Source: a virus | Virus record (IMG/VR): IMGVR_UViG_3300044797_000394 | Coordinates: 92,163 to 156,162 of that record | DNA length: 64,000 bases | Strand: one strand, 5' to 3' | Part shown: in pieces, positions 10,320 to 20,220 of the stretch | How positions within the stretch are numbered: the first letter of the stretch is position 1 | Layout: every line of letters begins with the position of its first letter | Program-made: the position numbers and the translations under genes | The notes under the pieces: generated by a model | Databases searched by the model: none | The model's input: only the letters and a program-made list of their open reading frames with translations | Told to the model about the DNA's origin: nothing

Positions 10320-10502
10320 ATGGACCGACGAGAGGTAGCCGGGCTTTGTGGGGGACTAAACCTAGGGAACGTGGTTGCGATCGGCGTAGCTGTGGCGGCA
10401 CACGCATCCGAGCACACGCTATCAATAGTGACTTTTACCGCCGCGAGCATTTCTCTGCTCTCCGTCATTATCCTGGCCCTACACAACAAGCGAACGTCCT
10501 AG
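10320..10502 (+). CDS. small membrane protein (two hydrophobic segments)
   Basis: 60 aa, two hydrophobic stretches, basic C-tail. Confidence 0.5.
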   Translation: MDRREVAGLCGGLNLGNVVAIGVAVAAHASEHTLSIVTFTAASISLLSVIILALHNKRTS

Positions 10503-10510
10503 GGGCCGTC

Positions 10511-10879
10511 ATGAGGGGTCGTCGTATATGGGTGAAGCTACAGACCCAACGCGGCGAACTCCGGGTTTACGTCGTCAAGTGGGTCCTCAAGGATGATGAC
10601 GGCAATGTGGCCGACGCTCTCTACGACTCGGACAACAATTGCATTGAGGTCACCTGGGGCCCAGACGACAACTTTATGAAGATGAAACTTCTGCACGAGC
10701 TACTGCACGTGTGCTTCTCCCCACACTCCGGGGACATAAAGTATTCGGTACTGGGAGGCAACTTGCTCGAGACTCGATGGTTCCGAGAGGAGATGGTGGT
10801 CAGTTTCCTTGAGCCCGTTCTCTATGACCTACTCACCCGGAATGCTCTGCTCAAGTTTCCGAAACCACCGAAGGTCTAA
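10511..10879 (+). CDS. small HExxH metallopeptidase-like protein
   Basis: LLHELLHV followed by EEMVV. Confidence 0.6.
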   Translation: MRGRRIWVKLQTQRGELRVYVVKWVLKDDDGNVADALYDSDNNCIEVTWGPDDNFMKMKLLHELLHVCFSPHSGDIKYSVLGGNLLETRWFREEMVVSFLEPVLYDLLTRNALLKFPKPPKV

Positions 10880-11087
10880 TCGCTGTTGTCAGTTTGAACT
10901 CAACGGTACATAAAGAGCCGTTCACATTGGCAAGAGACGTATAGAGTCCGTTCGACTGCCTAGTCGCGTTTCCTATTAGTTGGATGCCGTTGTCGAGGAT
11001 GGTGCCGTCCACGTCGTACTGAGGCTCGGCTAACAGAACCGAGCCATCGCATGAGGCACCAAAAGTGCCCTTCTCTTCGTTACCCAT
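10851..11087 (-). CDS. hypothetical protein
   Basis: ORF directly downstream of dam. Confidence 0.5.
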   Translation of the reverse strand: MGNEEKGTFGASCDGSVLLAEPQYDVDGTILDNGIQLIGNATRQSNGLYTSLANVNGSLCTVEFKLTTAIRPSVVSET

Positions 11088-11088
11088 C

Positions 11089-11946
11089 TTAGATCGTCCC
11101 CTCAAAAGTTTCGGATGCCGTTTTCGACAAGACCAGAACTTCGTTCACGGGTCCTCGGCCGCTCCCCTTGCTGTTGACCGCTCGACGGGCGAAAATCGTC
11201 AAAATGGCGAACTCCTTGTACAAATCTCGGATGACTTCGGTATCCGAGTTGGACAGCACGACGTGAACGCCTCGGTCTGAGAGCTCCCTGAAGGTGCTGG
11301 CGAGCTGCTTCTGATTCTCGATAGTGAACCCGTCCGAGGTGTACGATGTGAAGTTTGAGGTTGGGTTGAGGGGCACGTACGGAGGATCGAAGTAGACGAG
11401 ATCTCCGATGCCCGCCCGGTCCAAAATCCTTGTATAGTCCCCCGAGGTGATTTTGGCCTTTCGTAGAACGCGGGAGCATGCCTCGATGTTGTCCTGATCA
11501 AACAAGGTCGGGTTCTCGTGTTTGCCCCACGGGACATTGAACCCGCCCGACTTGTTTACGCGGTAGAGCCCGTTGAAACCCGTCTTGTTGAGGAAGATGA
11601 ACCGAGCCGCCCGGTCGAGCGGGAGCATCGTCTTGGGGTCGTCCTTTCGAACGTCGTAGTAGAAGGTCTTTGGATCCTTCAGGTACATCTCTTTCCACTG
11701 GGTGAGCAGGAGGCACAATCGTTCGTGGTCATGTGCGACTTGAGTGTACGTGTTGACCAGTTCTTCATTGAGATCGTTCAGGTGTGCCATTACGAACGGG
11801 TGTTCTTTGGAGGAAGCCAGAGCGAAGAAGACAGCACCTCCCCCGAGGAACGGTTCGTAGTAGTTCTCAATGGATTTGGGAAAAACACGGAGCAGCTCGG
11901 GCAGGAGCTGTGTCTTCCCACCGACCCACTTGATCAAGGATTTCAT
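11089..11946 (-). CDS. dam: DNA adenine methyltransferase (Dam/D12 class)
   Basis: KWVGGK, YYEPFLGGGAVF, FNGLYRVN, YFDPPY. Confidence 0.92.
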   Translation of the reverse strand: MKSLIKWVGGKTQLLPELLRVFPKSIENYYEPFLGGGAVFFALASSKEHPFVMAHLNDLNEELVNTYTQVAHDHERLCLLLTQWKEMYLKDPKTFYYDVRKDDPKTMLPLDRAARFIFLNKTGFNGLYRVNKSGGFNVPWGKHENPTLFDQDNIEACSRVLRKAKITSGDYTRILDRAGIGDLVYFDPPYVPLNPTSNFTSYTSDGFTIENQKQLASTFRELSDRGVHVVLSNSDTEVIRDLYKEFAILTIFARRAVNSKGSGRGPVNEVLVLSKTASETFEGTI

Positions 11947-12653
11947 GACTTTCCCCCTCTCCCTAGATTGGGGAGTTGAGACCAGACGTCTCGTTCTTTC
12001 AAGGTCCGGGTGCTCATCCGATGGATCGGACACGGACCTAGAGCCTTGATCGCCTTGCGGTGCTCGAGTGTGTCGTATCCGACAGATTCCTCAAAACCGT
12101 ACCCCGGGTACTTTTTGGCCGCGACGTTGATCATCCATGTGTCACGGGCGCACTTGGCAAGGACGGCGGCCATGGACACCACGGGGCACACAAGATCGGC
12201 TTTCGGGATGCTGACCGCATTCGGAATGTTGAGATTGCCGTCGACGATAGCTAGAGTGGTGAAAGGCTCCGTTTCGAGATACGTGCTCCGGATGTACTCC
12301 ACCCCGGACTGAAGAAGTCCCTTACGGACCTTTCCGAGTCCGTCTCTGTCGATCTCTTCGGAGTCGCCCCAGAAAAGGGCGTACTTGATCCCAATCCCCC
12401 GTGAGAGGACCTCGTCGTAGAACGCCCCCGCCAAGGTTATTATTTGCCTTCTGGAGAGGTTTTTGGAGTCAGTAAGGCCCGTGGGTGGCGTCCAATCGAC
12501 GGGCACGCCCACGGCGCCGATTACGACCGGCCCTGCGATTGGTCCGTAGCCGACCTCATCCACGCCGATCAGGTAATCCGGGGACCGTTCACGGATGAGC
12601 TCTTCGGCTCGAGCCTTATATTCCGCGACCTTCCGTGGGTCAAGATCCGCCAT
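11943..12653 (-). CDS. rnhB: ribonuclease HII
   Basis: IGVDEVGYGPIAGPV, DSK, VDGN, KAD, GPCPIHRMS; CGGTGTA (12665-12671, minus) 11 nt upstream. Confidence 0.92.
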   Translation of the reverse strand: MADLDPRKVAEYKARAEELIRERSPDYLIGVDEVGYGPIAGPVVIGAVGVPVDWTPPTGLTDSKNLSRRQIITLAGAFYDEVLSRGIGIKYALFWGDSEEIDRDGLGKVRKGLLQSGVEYIRSTYLETEPFTTLAIVDGNLNIPNAVSIPKADLVCPVVSMAAVLAKCARDTWMINVAAKKYPGYGFEESVGYDTLEHRKAIKALGPCPIHRMSTRTLKERDVWSQLPNLGRGGKS

Positions 12654-12678
12654 AGTCCTCTTGTTACACCGCCTCCTC

Positions 12679-13011
12679 GTGGGAGCTTGGGAGAAGAGGC
12701 GAGCGGCGCACAAACGCCGGACTGATTTACGGGCGATGGCGGTAGCCCACCTTGGCGGTCGGTGTAGGATATGTACCTATGATGGGACGCCCGCCGCGTT
12801 TGACTTTCACCATGTGAATCCGCTCGAGAAAGACTTCACGATTTCGGACCGAATGACTTCCTGGGAACGTATCCGCCCCGAGCTCGAAAAGTGCGTGCTT
12901 TTATGCTGCCGCTGCCACCGAGAAGTTCATGAGGGGATGCACGGCGGTTTTCTTGTTGACGAGTCCGACGAGCGTGGTTCGGACGACCTACTCCTTGACG
13001 AGGCGGTATGA
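12679..13011 (+). CDS. HNH endonuclease
   Basis: CRIC, FDFHH, KCVLLCCRCHREVH; start uncertain. Confidence 0.8.
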   Translation: MGAWEKRRAAHKRRTDLRAMAVAHLGGRCRICTYDGTPAAFDFHHVNPLEKDFTISDRMTSWERIRPELEKCVLLCCRCHREVHEGMHGGFLVDESDERGSDDLLLDEAV

Positions 13012-14276
13012 CGTACAGCTATGATCGCCGAGTGGCGAAGGACATCACGTTGGACCTCGAGTGGATTGAGAACCTGCGTAAGGACTTTCTCACACTCATG
13101 AAGAACATTCCTCGCATCAAAAGCTACAAGGATGCGGACAAGGTTCGGGACGGTGTCAAAGCCTTTCGTAAGAACTTCGACCATATCGTTTTCGAGACCT
13201 TTCTCAATCACGACTTCAAGTATGATGACAAGGTCTCTGAATCGGACCGTAAGTGGTACGGTGACAAGCTTCGGAAGACCGGGTGGGATTTTTCAATTGA
13301 ACTCAATCTCCCTCTTGGGTACCCGGATAGCAAGTACAATCCTCAGTCTCAGGAGTCGTTGTTTGCCAGCTTCGAAATGGAGAAGGACAAGTGGGCAGCC
13401 AAGGTAAAGGAGAAGGCACGGCTCTTTTGGAAAGAGATGAAGGAGTTCGTGGAATACCGAGAACGAGTCACGGGCACCCCTAACTACACGGTGAAAACCC
13501 GGGACACTGAGAAAGTCGAGATGGAGGGCTTTCATGTTTCAGTCGTCGGGTATGAGAATGACGAAGACGGCTTCTTGGAACGTTTCAAGGAAGGACTTAG
13601 GGTTTTTCGACGCCGTGCAAAACAGGTATTTCCCTGGCTTCTACAGCATATGCTGCCCATTCGACTGAATGCATATGTTACCATGGGCGAGGGCGGTAGG
13701 TATGAGGGGGATCATATTGAAATCGCTATGGGCGGGTTCTTTGATCACAAGAATCCAAATATCGTGGCTCACGTTATTGCCCATGAAATGGGGCACCACA
13801 TCTACAAGGTGTACCTGAGCGAGGCGGACCGCACGTTCTGGTCAAAAGCAATTAGCGACGATGCCGAACCTCTTGACGTTGACAAGCTTTTGAAGGTCTG
13901 GCCAGAAGGCGCTTGGGCTCATGAACTCGTAGAAAAACTCGTGGACGTGGACCCACTCTTAGCCCTTCAAGTTGACGTCATAGCTCACGGGCAAGCGCGA
14001 TCGGGCGGAGTTGAATTCAATACGAGGGAAGACTTCGAGAAGCTTCTTGCTGATGGGGTCAAGTTCGTTACCGTCAAGCATCCCATCACGGGTTACGGTG
14101 GAAAGAACGTTGAAGAATCATTCTGCGAGGTGATGGGTTTGCTGGTCGGGTACGGTCCAGCTACAGTGCAGCCCATCGTCAAACACTGGCTGAATCTCAT
14201 CATGCCTGACGTCAAAGTCGCGTCCGATCGTACCGCCAGGGAAGCCGTTCGGGCCGTTCTCCGCCGCTCGGTGTAA
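13008..14276 (+). CDS. zincin-type metallopeptidase domain protein
   Basis: IAHEMGHH, distal ITGYGGKNVEESFCE; RRVA and KVA motifs at termini. Confidence 0.7.
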   Translation: MTYSYDRRVAKDITLDLEWIENLRKDFLTLMKNIPRIKSYKDADKVRDGVKAFRKNFDHIVFETFLNHDFKYDDKVSESDRKWYGDKLRKTGWDFSIELNLPLGYPDSKYNPQSQESLFASFEMEKDKWAAKVKEKARLFWKEMKEFVEYRERVTGTPNYTVKTRDTEKVEMEGFHVSVVGYENDEDGFLERFKEGLRVFRRRAKQVFPWLLQHMLPIRLNAYVTMGEGGRYEGDHIEIAMGGFFDHKNPNIVAHVIAHEMGHHIYKVYLSEADRTFWSKAISDDAEPLDVDKLLKVWPEGAWAHELVEKLVDVDPLLALQVDVIAHGQARSGGVEFNTREDFEKLLADGVKFVTVKHPITGYGGKNVEESFCEVMGLLVGYGPATVQPIVKHWLNLIMPDVKVASDRTAREAVRAVLRRSV

Positions 14277-14285
14277 CCTTTGGGT

Positions 14286-14648
14286 ATGCCCAGCGAGCCA
14301 CGTTTCAGGGTACCCGAGGAGCCGAAGATCGTTCTCGACGTGACCCCGGCACTGGTGACGGTGAACTTGAGGGTCACCGTCGACCCGACGCCCGAGGACG
14401 TCGACAAATTCGGCAAATCCGTGGGGCAGTTTGGCGAGGTCGAAAAGCTTCGGGAACTTTGCTTTGCGGCTCAGGTTTACGTCAATTCATTGTCCGGATT
14501 CGAGAAGATTCACATGAGTTCCGAGTTCGTCGCACCCCTTCGTTCTGCTCTTGAGACCATCGAAGCTCACATGAAGAAGCTCGTTGACGAGCATATGGAC
14601 AAGCTGGCGTCTCAGGTTTTTGCCGAGGAGAACGACGATGCTGGTTGA
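14286..14648 (+). CDS. hypothetical protein
   Basis: CGGTGTA at 14269-14275, 10 nt upstream. Confidence 0.6.
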   Translation: MPSEPRFRVPEEPKIVLDVTPALVTVNLRVTVDPTPEDVDKFGKSVGQFGEVEKLRELCFAAQVYVNSLSGFEKIHMSSEFVAPLRSALETIEAHMKKLVDEHMDKLASQVFAEENDDAG

Positions 14649-15273
14649 GGAGCTTGAAAAGCGGTGGATGACCCTCACAAAGTCTTTGGGGGCGAAGACG
14701 CTACCTTCGGAAAAGGCCTTTTTGGAAGAGCTTGTGCCGTCGTATGACGCGTCGTCACGTATGTACCATTCTCTCTCGCACATCAAAGCGTGTCTCGAGG
14801 TTTCGGACAAGCACGTGCCCTCAGAGGTAAAGCCCTGGGTCGATATGGCAATCTTCTGGCATGACCTCGTCTACGTTCCCGGTCGAACGGACAACGAGGT
14901 GAAGAGCGCCCTTGAATTTCAACGTTGGGGTCGGCGAATGGACCTCAAAGAGCGGTTTATCGCTGATGTAATGGATATGATCCCGTACACGAGGCATTCC
15001 GCGGAGCTTGGGGGAATGCACGAACGATATCTCTTCCTGGTTGACGTCGATCTTTCGATCTTGGGGGAGAATGAAGCCATTTTTGATGAATATGAAAAGG
15101 GAGTTCGATACGAGTATTCGTTCGTCCCAGAGAACGTGTTCCGAGCAGGTCGTGCCAAGGTACTCATCGACTTTCTGAAGAGGCCCTACATCTACGAGAC
15201 GGACGTATTTCGGGCAAACTACGAATCGATGGCTCAGGCGAACATCACTCGATCTCTCAATAAGCTCACTTGA
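14638..15273 (+). CDS. HD-superfamily metal-dependent phosphohydrolase
   Basis: RMYHSLSHI, FWHD, DNEVKSA, DVDLSILG, VRYEY. Confidence 0.85.
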   Translation: MLVEELEKRWMTLTKSLGAKTLPSEKAFLEELVPSYDASSRMYHSLSHIKACLEVSDKHVPSEVKPWVDMAIFWHDLVYVPGRTDNEVKSALEFQRWGRRMDLKERFIADVMDMIPYTRHSAELGGMHERYLFLVDVDLSILGENEAIFDEYEKGVRYEYSFVPENVFRAGRAKVLIDFLKRPYIYETDVFRANYESMAQANITRSLNKLT

Positions 15274-15523
15274 GTTTTAGGGGCGGCGGACGAGATGAGT
15301 AGAGGCTGTCCACCATGATTCGGTAGCGCTGTTCGGAGCGGTACGACGCTAGATAGACGAGGACGAGGACGGCGAACGAGATGCCTCCCGTCCAGACGAG
15401 GTACATCACGATGTCCTCATCCAGGGAACTGCCATCTCGGAGCTGATATGCACGGTATCCAGCTCCGATGCAAACGGACGTCACGGCAGCGATCAAAAAC
15501 TTGAGGATCGGTAAAAATCGCAT
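15266..15523 (-). CDS. small membrane protein
   Basis: Two hydrophobic segments. Confidence 0.55.
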   Translation of the reverse strand: MRFLPILKFLIAAVTSVCIGAGYRAYQLRDGSSLDEDIVMYLVWTGGISFAVLVLVYLASYRSEQRYRIMVDSLYSSRPPPLKLK

Positions 15524-15578
15524 GATCTCAAGTAGTGTTTTCCAATCGGATAAAATTTAATCGGTGTAGGGCGCCGCC

Positions 15579-15806
15579 ATGAGTGCGGAGTCCACACGAG
15601 TACGTGAATTAGAACAAGAGCTCATGAGGCGAGAAGAAGAGCTAGTTCGCGCAAGAAGTTCGTATAGTCAGAGTACGCTCACTTTGCAGGGGCGAGCAAA
15701 CGATGCTGAGGCTCGAGCTGATGCAGCAGAACGTCGGGTCCGCGAGTTGGAAGCCGAAGTCAAAGAGCTTAGGTCTGAGATCAAAACACTTAGGAAAGGT
15801 GCCTAA
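15579..15806 (+). CDS. coiled-coil hypothetical protein
   Basis: E/R/L/A heptads; CGGTGTA 15562-15568 10 nt upstream. Confidence 0.65.
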   Translation: MSAESTRVRELEQELMRREEELVRARSSYSQSTLTLQGRANDAEARADAAERRVRELEAEVKELRSEIKTLRKGA

Positions 15807-15817
15807 AGGAGCGTAAC

Positions 15818-16615
15818 ATGCGAGAACTATATGGAATTTCAGGTAAAAAATACCACGGAAAAGATACTTTCGCTCGATTCGTGCGGGAGGCGAACCCGAA
15901 CTTTCAGATCGCCCACTTCGCGGGTGCCCTGAAGAAGATTGCCGCCGACGTGTTCGGACTCACTCACGACGAGATGTACGATCCCGCCGTCAAGGAAGCC
16001 CCCTTCACCGACGGGCGCGTGATCGTTATGGACGACTACCTCGACGGAATGCGAGAGGCAACCGGTCTCGACCTCAAGCCCGCGGGAATGATCGCCCACT
16101 CTCCCAGAGAGCTCATGCAGTTCATCGGCACCGAGTACGTTCGCAAGGCCCAGTCCGACTATTGGGTCCGACGACTCTTCAAAGACACTGCCGATTTCGA
16201 ACACGTCCTCGTTCCCGATACGCGGTTTCCCAACGAGGGCGACGCCATTCGAGCGGAGGGCGGTTGGGTCATCAAGACCGTTCGCATCGACATGCCGGAG
16301 GCCAAGGACGCTCATCTTTCTGAGACGGAAATCGACAAGATCGAACCGGACCTCCTCATCGGCACGAGGACGGGAGACCTGTCCCTGCCCAAGAAGGTCG
16401 CGGAGCTCATCGCCCAGGGGAACTTCGAGGGTGCCCAGATGTTCGACCTTCGCGGCGCTCTGGTGGCCATCGACGAATGCGCCCGAGGAATGCGACCCTG
16501 GGATGCGGCCGCAGTCCTACACGGTAAGGGAGACAAGGTAGCCACCGTGTACACACTTCTCGAATACTACACATCTCCGGCCAAGACCGAGGAGTCCAAG
16601 CGTTTCAATCAATGA
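15818..16615 (+). CDS. deoxynucleoside monophosphate kinase
   Basis: GISGKKYHGKDT, FAGALK, PRELMQFIGTE, DTRFPNE. Confidence 0.88.
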   Translation: MRELYGISGKKYHGKDTFARFVREANPNFQIAHFAGALKKIAADVFGLTHDEMYDPAVKEAPFTDGRVIVMDDYLDGMREATGLDLKPAGMIAHSPRELMQFIGTEYVRKAQSDYWVRRLFKDTADFEHVLVPDTRFPNEGDAIRAEGGWVIKTVRIDMPEAKDAHLSETEIDKIEPDLLIGTRTGDLSLPKKVAELIAQGNFEGAQMFDLRGALVAIDECARGMRPWDAAAVLHGKGDKVATVYTLLEYYTSPAKTEESKRFNQ

Positions 16616-16684
16616 CGCAGAGAGTCACGACAAAGCGTTGAAGTGTGTCTTGATTGTTTCTAGTTCGTGACGTAGTAAAGGGGC

Positions 16685-16849
16685 ATGGTCATTGATGCCG
16701 ACGACATTTCTATGGCGATACGCACCAATATCGAGCGCCTCGCCAAATTCGTTGGCGTGGACTTATCGAAGCCTGCCTACAGGAACAAGGAAACGTTGGC
16801 TCGTGCTGTCGCTCGGCGTCTGAACCGGATCAAGTGTCAGGGAAAATGA
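16685..16849 (+). CDS. small hypothetical protein (54 aa, not in ORF track)
   Basis: MVIDADDISMAIRTNIERLAKF...; variant TGACGTA 10 nt upstream. Confidence 0.45.
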   Translation: MVIDADDISMAIRTNIERLAKFVGVDLSKPAYRNKETLARAVARRLNRIKCQGK

Positions 16850-18626
16850 TCTCGCAGGTGACGAGCATATCGTCACCTTTCGAGGACATGCTCACGGAGG
16901 AGCGGAAAGCTTCGTCCCGAACTTCGTGATTAATGCTTTCCTTCAGGACTCCATCGAGAGACGACTTGAGTTTTCGGAATGCGGTCGTGTCGCCTTCGGC
17001 GCCCTTGACCGTGACGTATACGATGGGGCCCTCGCCCGCCTCTGCGGAGATTTCATAGCCCTCGACTGAGACCTTCGCTTGGAGCTCCTTGGCGAGCTTG
17101 CTCATCCATCCGTGCAGCCAGCCTTTTTGATTCGCCATAACAACGCGTTCCTTCCATCGGACCACCACGCGGGCGGCCATCATGATGTTGTCTCGAGCAC
17201 TAGCCTTCTTCGACTTCTTCCACTCCTCATAGTAGCGCTTCTGGTGCTCCCAGGGAAGGTTCCGAATCTTACGACTGCGGGGATTTGACGGAGATTCTTT
17301 GTGGGTGGAATTGAAGTTCGGGTTGGGAACCTCTTTTTCGCCCATGGAATCGAGGAAGGTGGACTTCGTTTTGCTATCGTTGTCTTTTTCAGACTTATCG
17401 TGATCCTTCTTTTCCTCTGGTTTCTTCGAACCACCGCCGGCTCGAGCCTCGGCGTCCTCGTTCATCGCCTTGACAGCCTCTGCGATGTTCTTTTCGGGCT
17501 TCTTGGGGAGCCCCTTGAGGGTACGTCCGTAGCTCGTTTCCTTCTGGAGCTTGTACTGTGCGGCGCCGTACAGAATCTCGTTGATCTTGGTCTTTGCCTC
17601 CCCCTTTTCTTGCTCGCTCATTGTGGAGAGCTTGTTCATGAGGTCTCGAGCCTGCTTACGACGGGCTTCGGCTTCCTCGGGAGTGTGCGCGGGGGGGCCC
17701 TTGCGGTAATGCAGGAAGTTGTCCGGATCAGCTTCCTGAATCGACTTCAGAGCCTTTTCGTTCTTCTTGTACCAGTTGTCGATGTCCGATTGATCCACCA
17801 TTCTCTTGCCCATGACTTTGCCACGGCTGAGGTTGGATAGTTCGGTGTCGGCCTTCTCGGGGTGTAGGAAGATGACGCTGACCTGGTACCCCGCCGCCTT
17901 GGCGTGTTCGACCTGGCCCTTGAAGTCCATCGTGTCGATGTCCTCGCCCGCCGAGTCGACAATCAGCATGTGGGAGGCGTCATCGTGCTCCGCCATACGA
18001 CGAACCTTATCGTCGAAACGATGTCTGGCCTCATCCTTGTAGCGCTCCTTAGGTTTGCCAGTTTCCTCGTTTTTCTCGTCGACGTCGTTGTGCCAACCTC
18101 GCATAGAGACGTAGAAGTCCGTGTTGTACTTCTTCAGAAACGCCTTGTGCCCTTCGATTGGGTCGTCGGTTTTGGGGAAATCCTCATATTTGGCGTACTT
18201 TGAGAGATCCTGACGTTCCCCGTCCTTCGTCTTGTACCAGATGTCAGCCAGCGCCTTGTCGAAGGATTCCTTGCCTTCCTTGTGGGCTGTGACGAGGTCC
18301 TCATAGTGACCTTTGGACTCTTCGAATTGGATGGCTCGAAGGTGATTGTCACTCTCATCTTGGTCCGGAATGGCAGGAATGTCCTCATCCGTAAAGAGTC
18401 CGGTCGTACTCTTTGGGAGTCGATACCCGAAGGTTGTTTCTCGCTCCTCGCCTTTTTCGGTTTTGTACTTCTTGGTCTGACCGCCCTTGTCCTTTTCGGG
18501 CTCTCCGAGGAAGTAACCTTTTCCAGCGGCGGGCGGACCGATCATTACGACCATTTTCTTAGCCCGTTTGGGCTCAGAGTCGGCCAGGACACGTCGTAAG
18601 ACTCGAAGGGCTATGGGACTCGGCAC
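16830..18626 (-). CDS. zeta-toxin-like P-loop kinase domain protein with RVAARF-like motifs
   Basis: MIGPPAAGKG, LIVDSAG, GYQVSVIFL...RGKVMGKRMVD; ALRVLRRV and AARVVVRW; AAGGAG SD before GTG. Confidence 0.6.
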   Translation of the reverse strand: MPSPIALRVLRRVLADSEPKRAKKMVVMIGPPAAGKGYFLGEPEKDKGGQTKKYKTEKGEERETTFGYRLPKSTTGLFTDEDIPAIPDQDESDNHLRAIQFEESKGHYEDLVTAHKEGKESFDKALADIWYKTKDGERQDLSKYAKYEDFPKTDDPIEGHKAFLKKYNTDFYVSMRGWHNDVDEKNEETGKPKERYKDEARHRFDDKVRRMAEHDDASHMLIVDSAGEDIDTMDFKGQVEHAKAAGYQVSVIFLHPEKADTELSNLSRGKVMGKRMVDQSDIDNWYKKNEKALKSIQEADPDNFLHYRKGPPAHTPEEAEARRKQARDLMNKLSTMSEQEKGEAKTKINEILYGAAQYKLQKETSYGRTLKGLPKKPEKNIAEAVKAMNEDAEARAGGGSKKPEEKKDHDKSEKDNDSKTKSTFLDSMGEKEVPNPNFNSTHKESPSNPRSRKIRNLPWEHQKRYYEEWKKSKKASARDNIMMAARVVVRWKERVVMANQKGWLHGWMSKLAKELQAKVSVEGYEISAEAGEGPIVYVTVKGAEGDTTAFRKLKSSLDGVLKESINHEVRDEAFRSSVSMSSKGDDMLVTCEIIFPDT

Positions 18627-18685
18627 CTTGAAAGACCTCTCCTTGGGGATTGTAAGCAATAGACTATGGATTGACCCATTTAGGT

Positions 18686-19333
18686 ATGGACCTGCAAGTT
18701 GTTGCCGCCCCCTCGGGTGCGAAAGGTGTTGACACCGTTACGCCGTTCACCGCTGCCATTGCGGCGAAATTCAAGGCCGCAGGGTATGAATTCGTGGTCC
18801 GGTATCTAGGAGCCGTTCACCCAGAGGAGCTACAAGCGATTCTCGGTGCTGGACTTGCCTTGCTTATGGTGGGTTATTCGAGGCGTCCCGGATGGCAGCC
18901 GACCGCCGCTCTTGGAGTCGAGGACGGTGACAATGCGGTTCTACATGCTCAACAGGCGGGTCTCCCCAAGGGGATGACCCTTTACTGCGATCTCGAAGGT
19001 CCTGCCTCCAGCACAACCGCTGCCGACTGCATCGCCTACGTCAACGCGTGGGCGGACGCGGTCTCCGCCGCTGGGTACATTGCAGGACTCTACGTTGGGT
19101 ACGGAGTTCCGCTGACCCCACAGCAGCTCTACCAAGACCTGCACGTTACGGCTTACTGGCACAGTTGCTCGAAAGTTCAAAATGTCGCGGTTCGAGGATA
19201 CCAGATGATCCAGCAAGCCCCGGGTAATCAAATGTGCCTCGGAGTGCTCGTCGATTTTGACGTCATTCAAACCGACGCGAACGGGGACACGCCTCACTGG
19301 CTCGTTTCGTCAGATTCTTCGCTCGTCTCCTGA
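18686..19333 (+). CDS. DUF1906/Rv2525c-like glycoside hydrolase, candidate endolysin
   Basis: GVDT, AGYEFVVRYL, LYCDLE, GYIAGLY, VDFD pattern of GH25-like barrel. Confidence 0.75.
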   Translation: MDLQVVAAPSGAKGVDTVTPFTAAIAAKFKAAGYEFVVRYLGAVHPEELQAILGAGLALLMVGYSRRPGWQPTAALGVEDGDNAVLHAQQAGLPKGMTLYCDLEGPASSTTAADCIAYVNAWADAVSAAGYIAGLYVGYGVPLTPQQLYQDLHVTAYWHSCSKVQNVAVRGYQMIQQAPGNQMCLGVLVDFDVIQTDANGDTPHWLVSSDSSLVS

Positions 19334-19662
19334 GCGGGCGTTTCGCTCATCGTGTCGGGCGCGAGAGCATCGTCAACGAGCTTCTCGAGTTCTTCGACGG
19401 CGTTCGGCGGTGGAGCAAGAGATTCTTCCTCTTCCTCCTTGGCTTGCTCTTCCTCTTCGGGAGAGGGGTCGTCGCCCAGGCTTGCCTCGAGCTCCGCAAT
19501 CATCCCGAGTAGAGCGAGTGCGTTTGGCACGGTGCTCGAGGGAGCGGTCGCCCCTTCGTTCACGAGTTGCGCTGCGATTTCGTCTGATTTGGCGATGTCA
19601 TAGCCGAAATGGTAGGCGGCGATGCAGCGCTTCTTCAGGGCCAGGAGTTCTTGCTCGGTCAT
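19294..19662 (-). CDS. acidic hypothetical protein
   Basis: E-rich C-terminus; start chosen to avoid overlap with divergent gene. Confidence 0.55.
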   Translation of the reverse strand: MTEQELLALKKRCIAAYHFGYDIAKSDEIAAQLVNEGATAPSSTVPNALALLGMIAELEASLGDDPSPEEEEQAKEEEEESLAPPPNAVEELEKLVDDALAPDTMSETPAQETSEESDETSQ

Positions 19663-19755
19663 ATACTTGCGGACTGATAAGAGAATTCGTTCGTTGGTCC
19701 GACGGTAGAGCTTCCAAAACCCCCAATAAGTACAATCCTCGGTGTAGAGATTTTC

Positions 19756-20220
19756 GTGACCATTCGGAGTCTTTACCTCGCTCATGCGTCCCTCTACGGG
19801 GAGCCTCCCCAACCAGTGCACACGCGGTTGTATGACGGGTTCCCGGTCGTAAAGGGGGTATCCAGTCAGGCTCTTGACCCGGAGGTCTTTGCGGCCACTC
19901 TCATTATGGCCATCGTGCAGACGTACCCACGGGGACAGCAACCTGATCCGTACAAGTGCCTCTTTTTCGTACGTGGACAGGCGCACCATTGGGCGCTCGA
20001 GCAATTGGGCCTACTTGCAAAGAAGATGTTTGGCGTCCAAAAGGAGCGGAAAAGAGCGGATATCGCTAGACATCTTGGGGCGTTTCTCCGCGCGATTTCA
20101 ATGGGGAGCCGTGTACTCCAGTTCAAAGAGGCTCCCGACCGTTGGGTTGCTTTTGGCTTCAATGAATCGGATCAGGTTCCAGCGTGGATGCAATCAGCTC
20201 TGATTGAGGGGGAACCGTGA
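19756..20220 (+). CDS. hypothetical protein
   Basis: CGGTGTA 19740-19746 9 nt before GTG; overlap-coupled to next gene. Confidence 0.6.
   Translation: MTIRSLYLAHASLYGEPPQPVHTRLYDGFPVVKGVSSQALDPEVFAATLIMAIVQTYPRGQQPDPYKCLFFVRGQAHHWALEQLGLLAKKMFGVQKERKRADIARHLGAFLRAISMGSRVLQFKEAPDRWVAFGFNESDQVPAWMQSALIEGEP

Noticed and set aside
10500-10514. TAG readthrough giving an ATGA overlap with the next gene
   Set aside because: Only three extra codons; easily chance with no other support.
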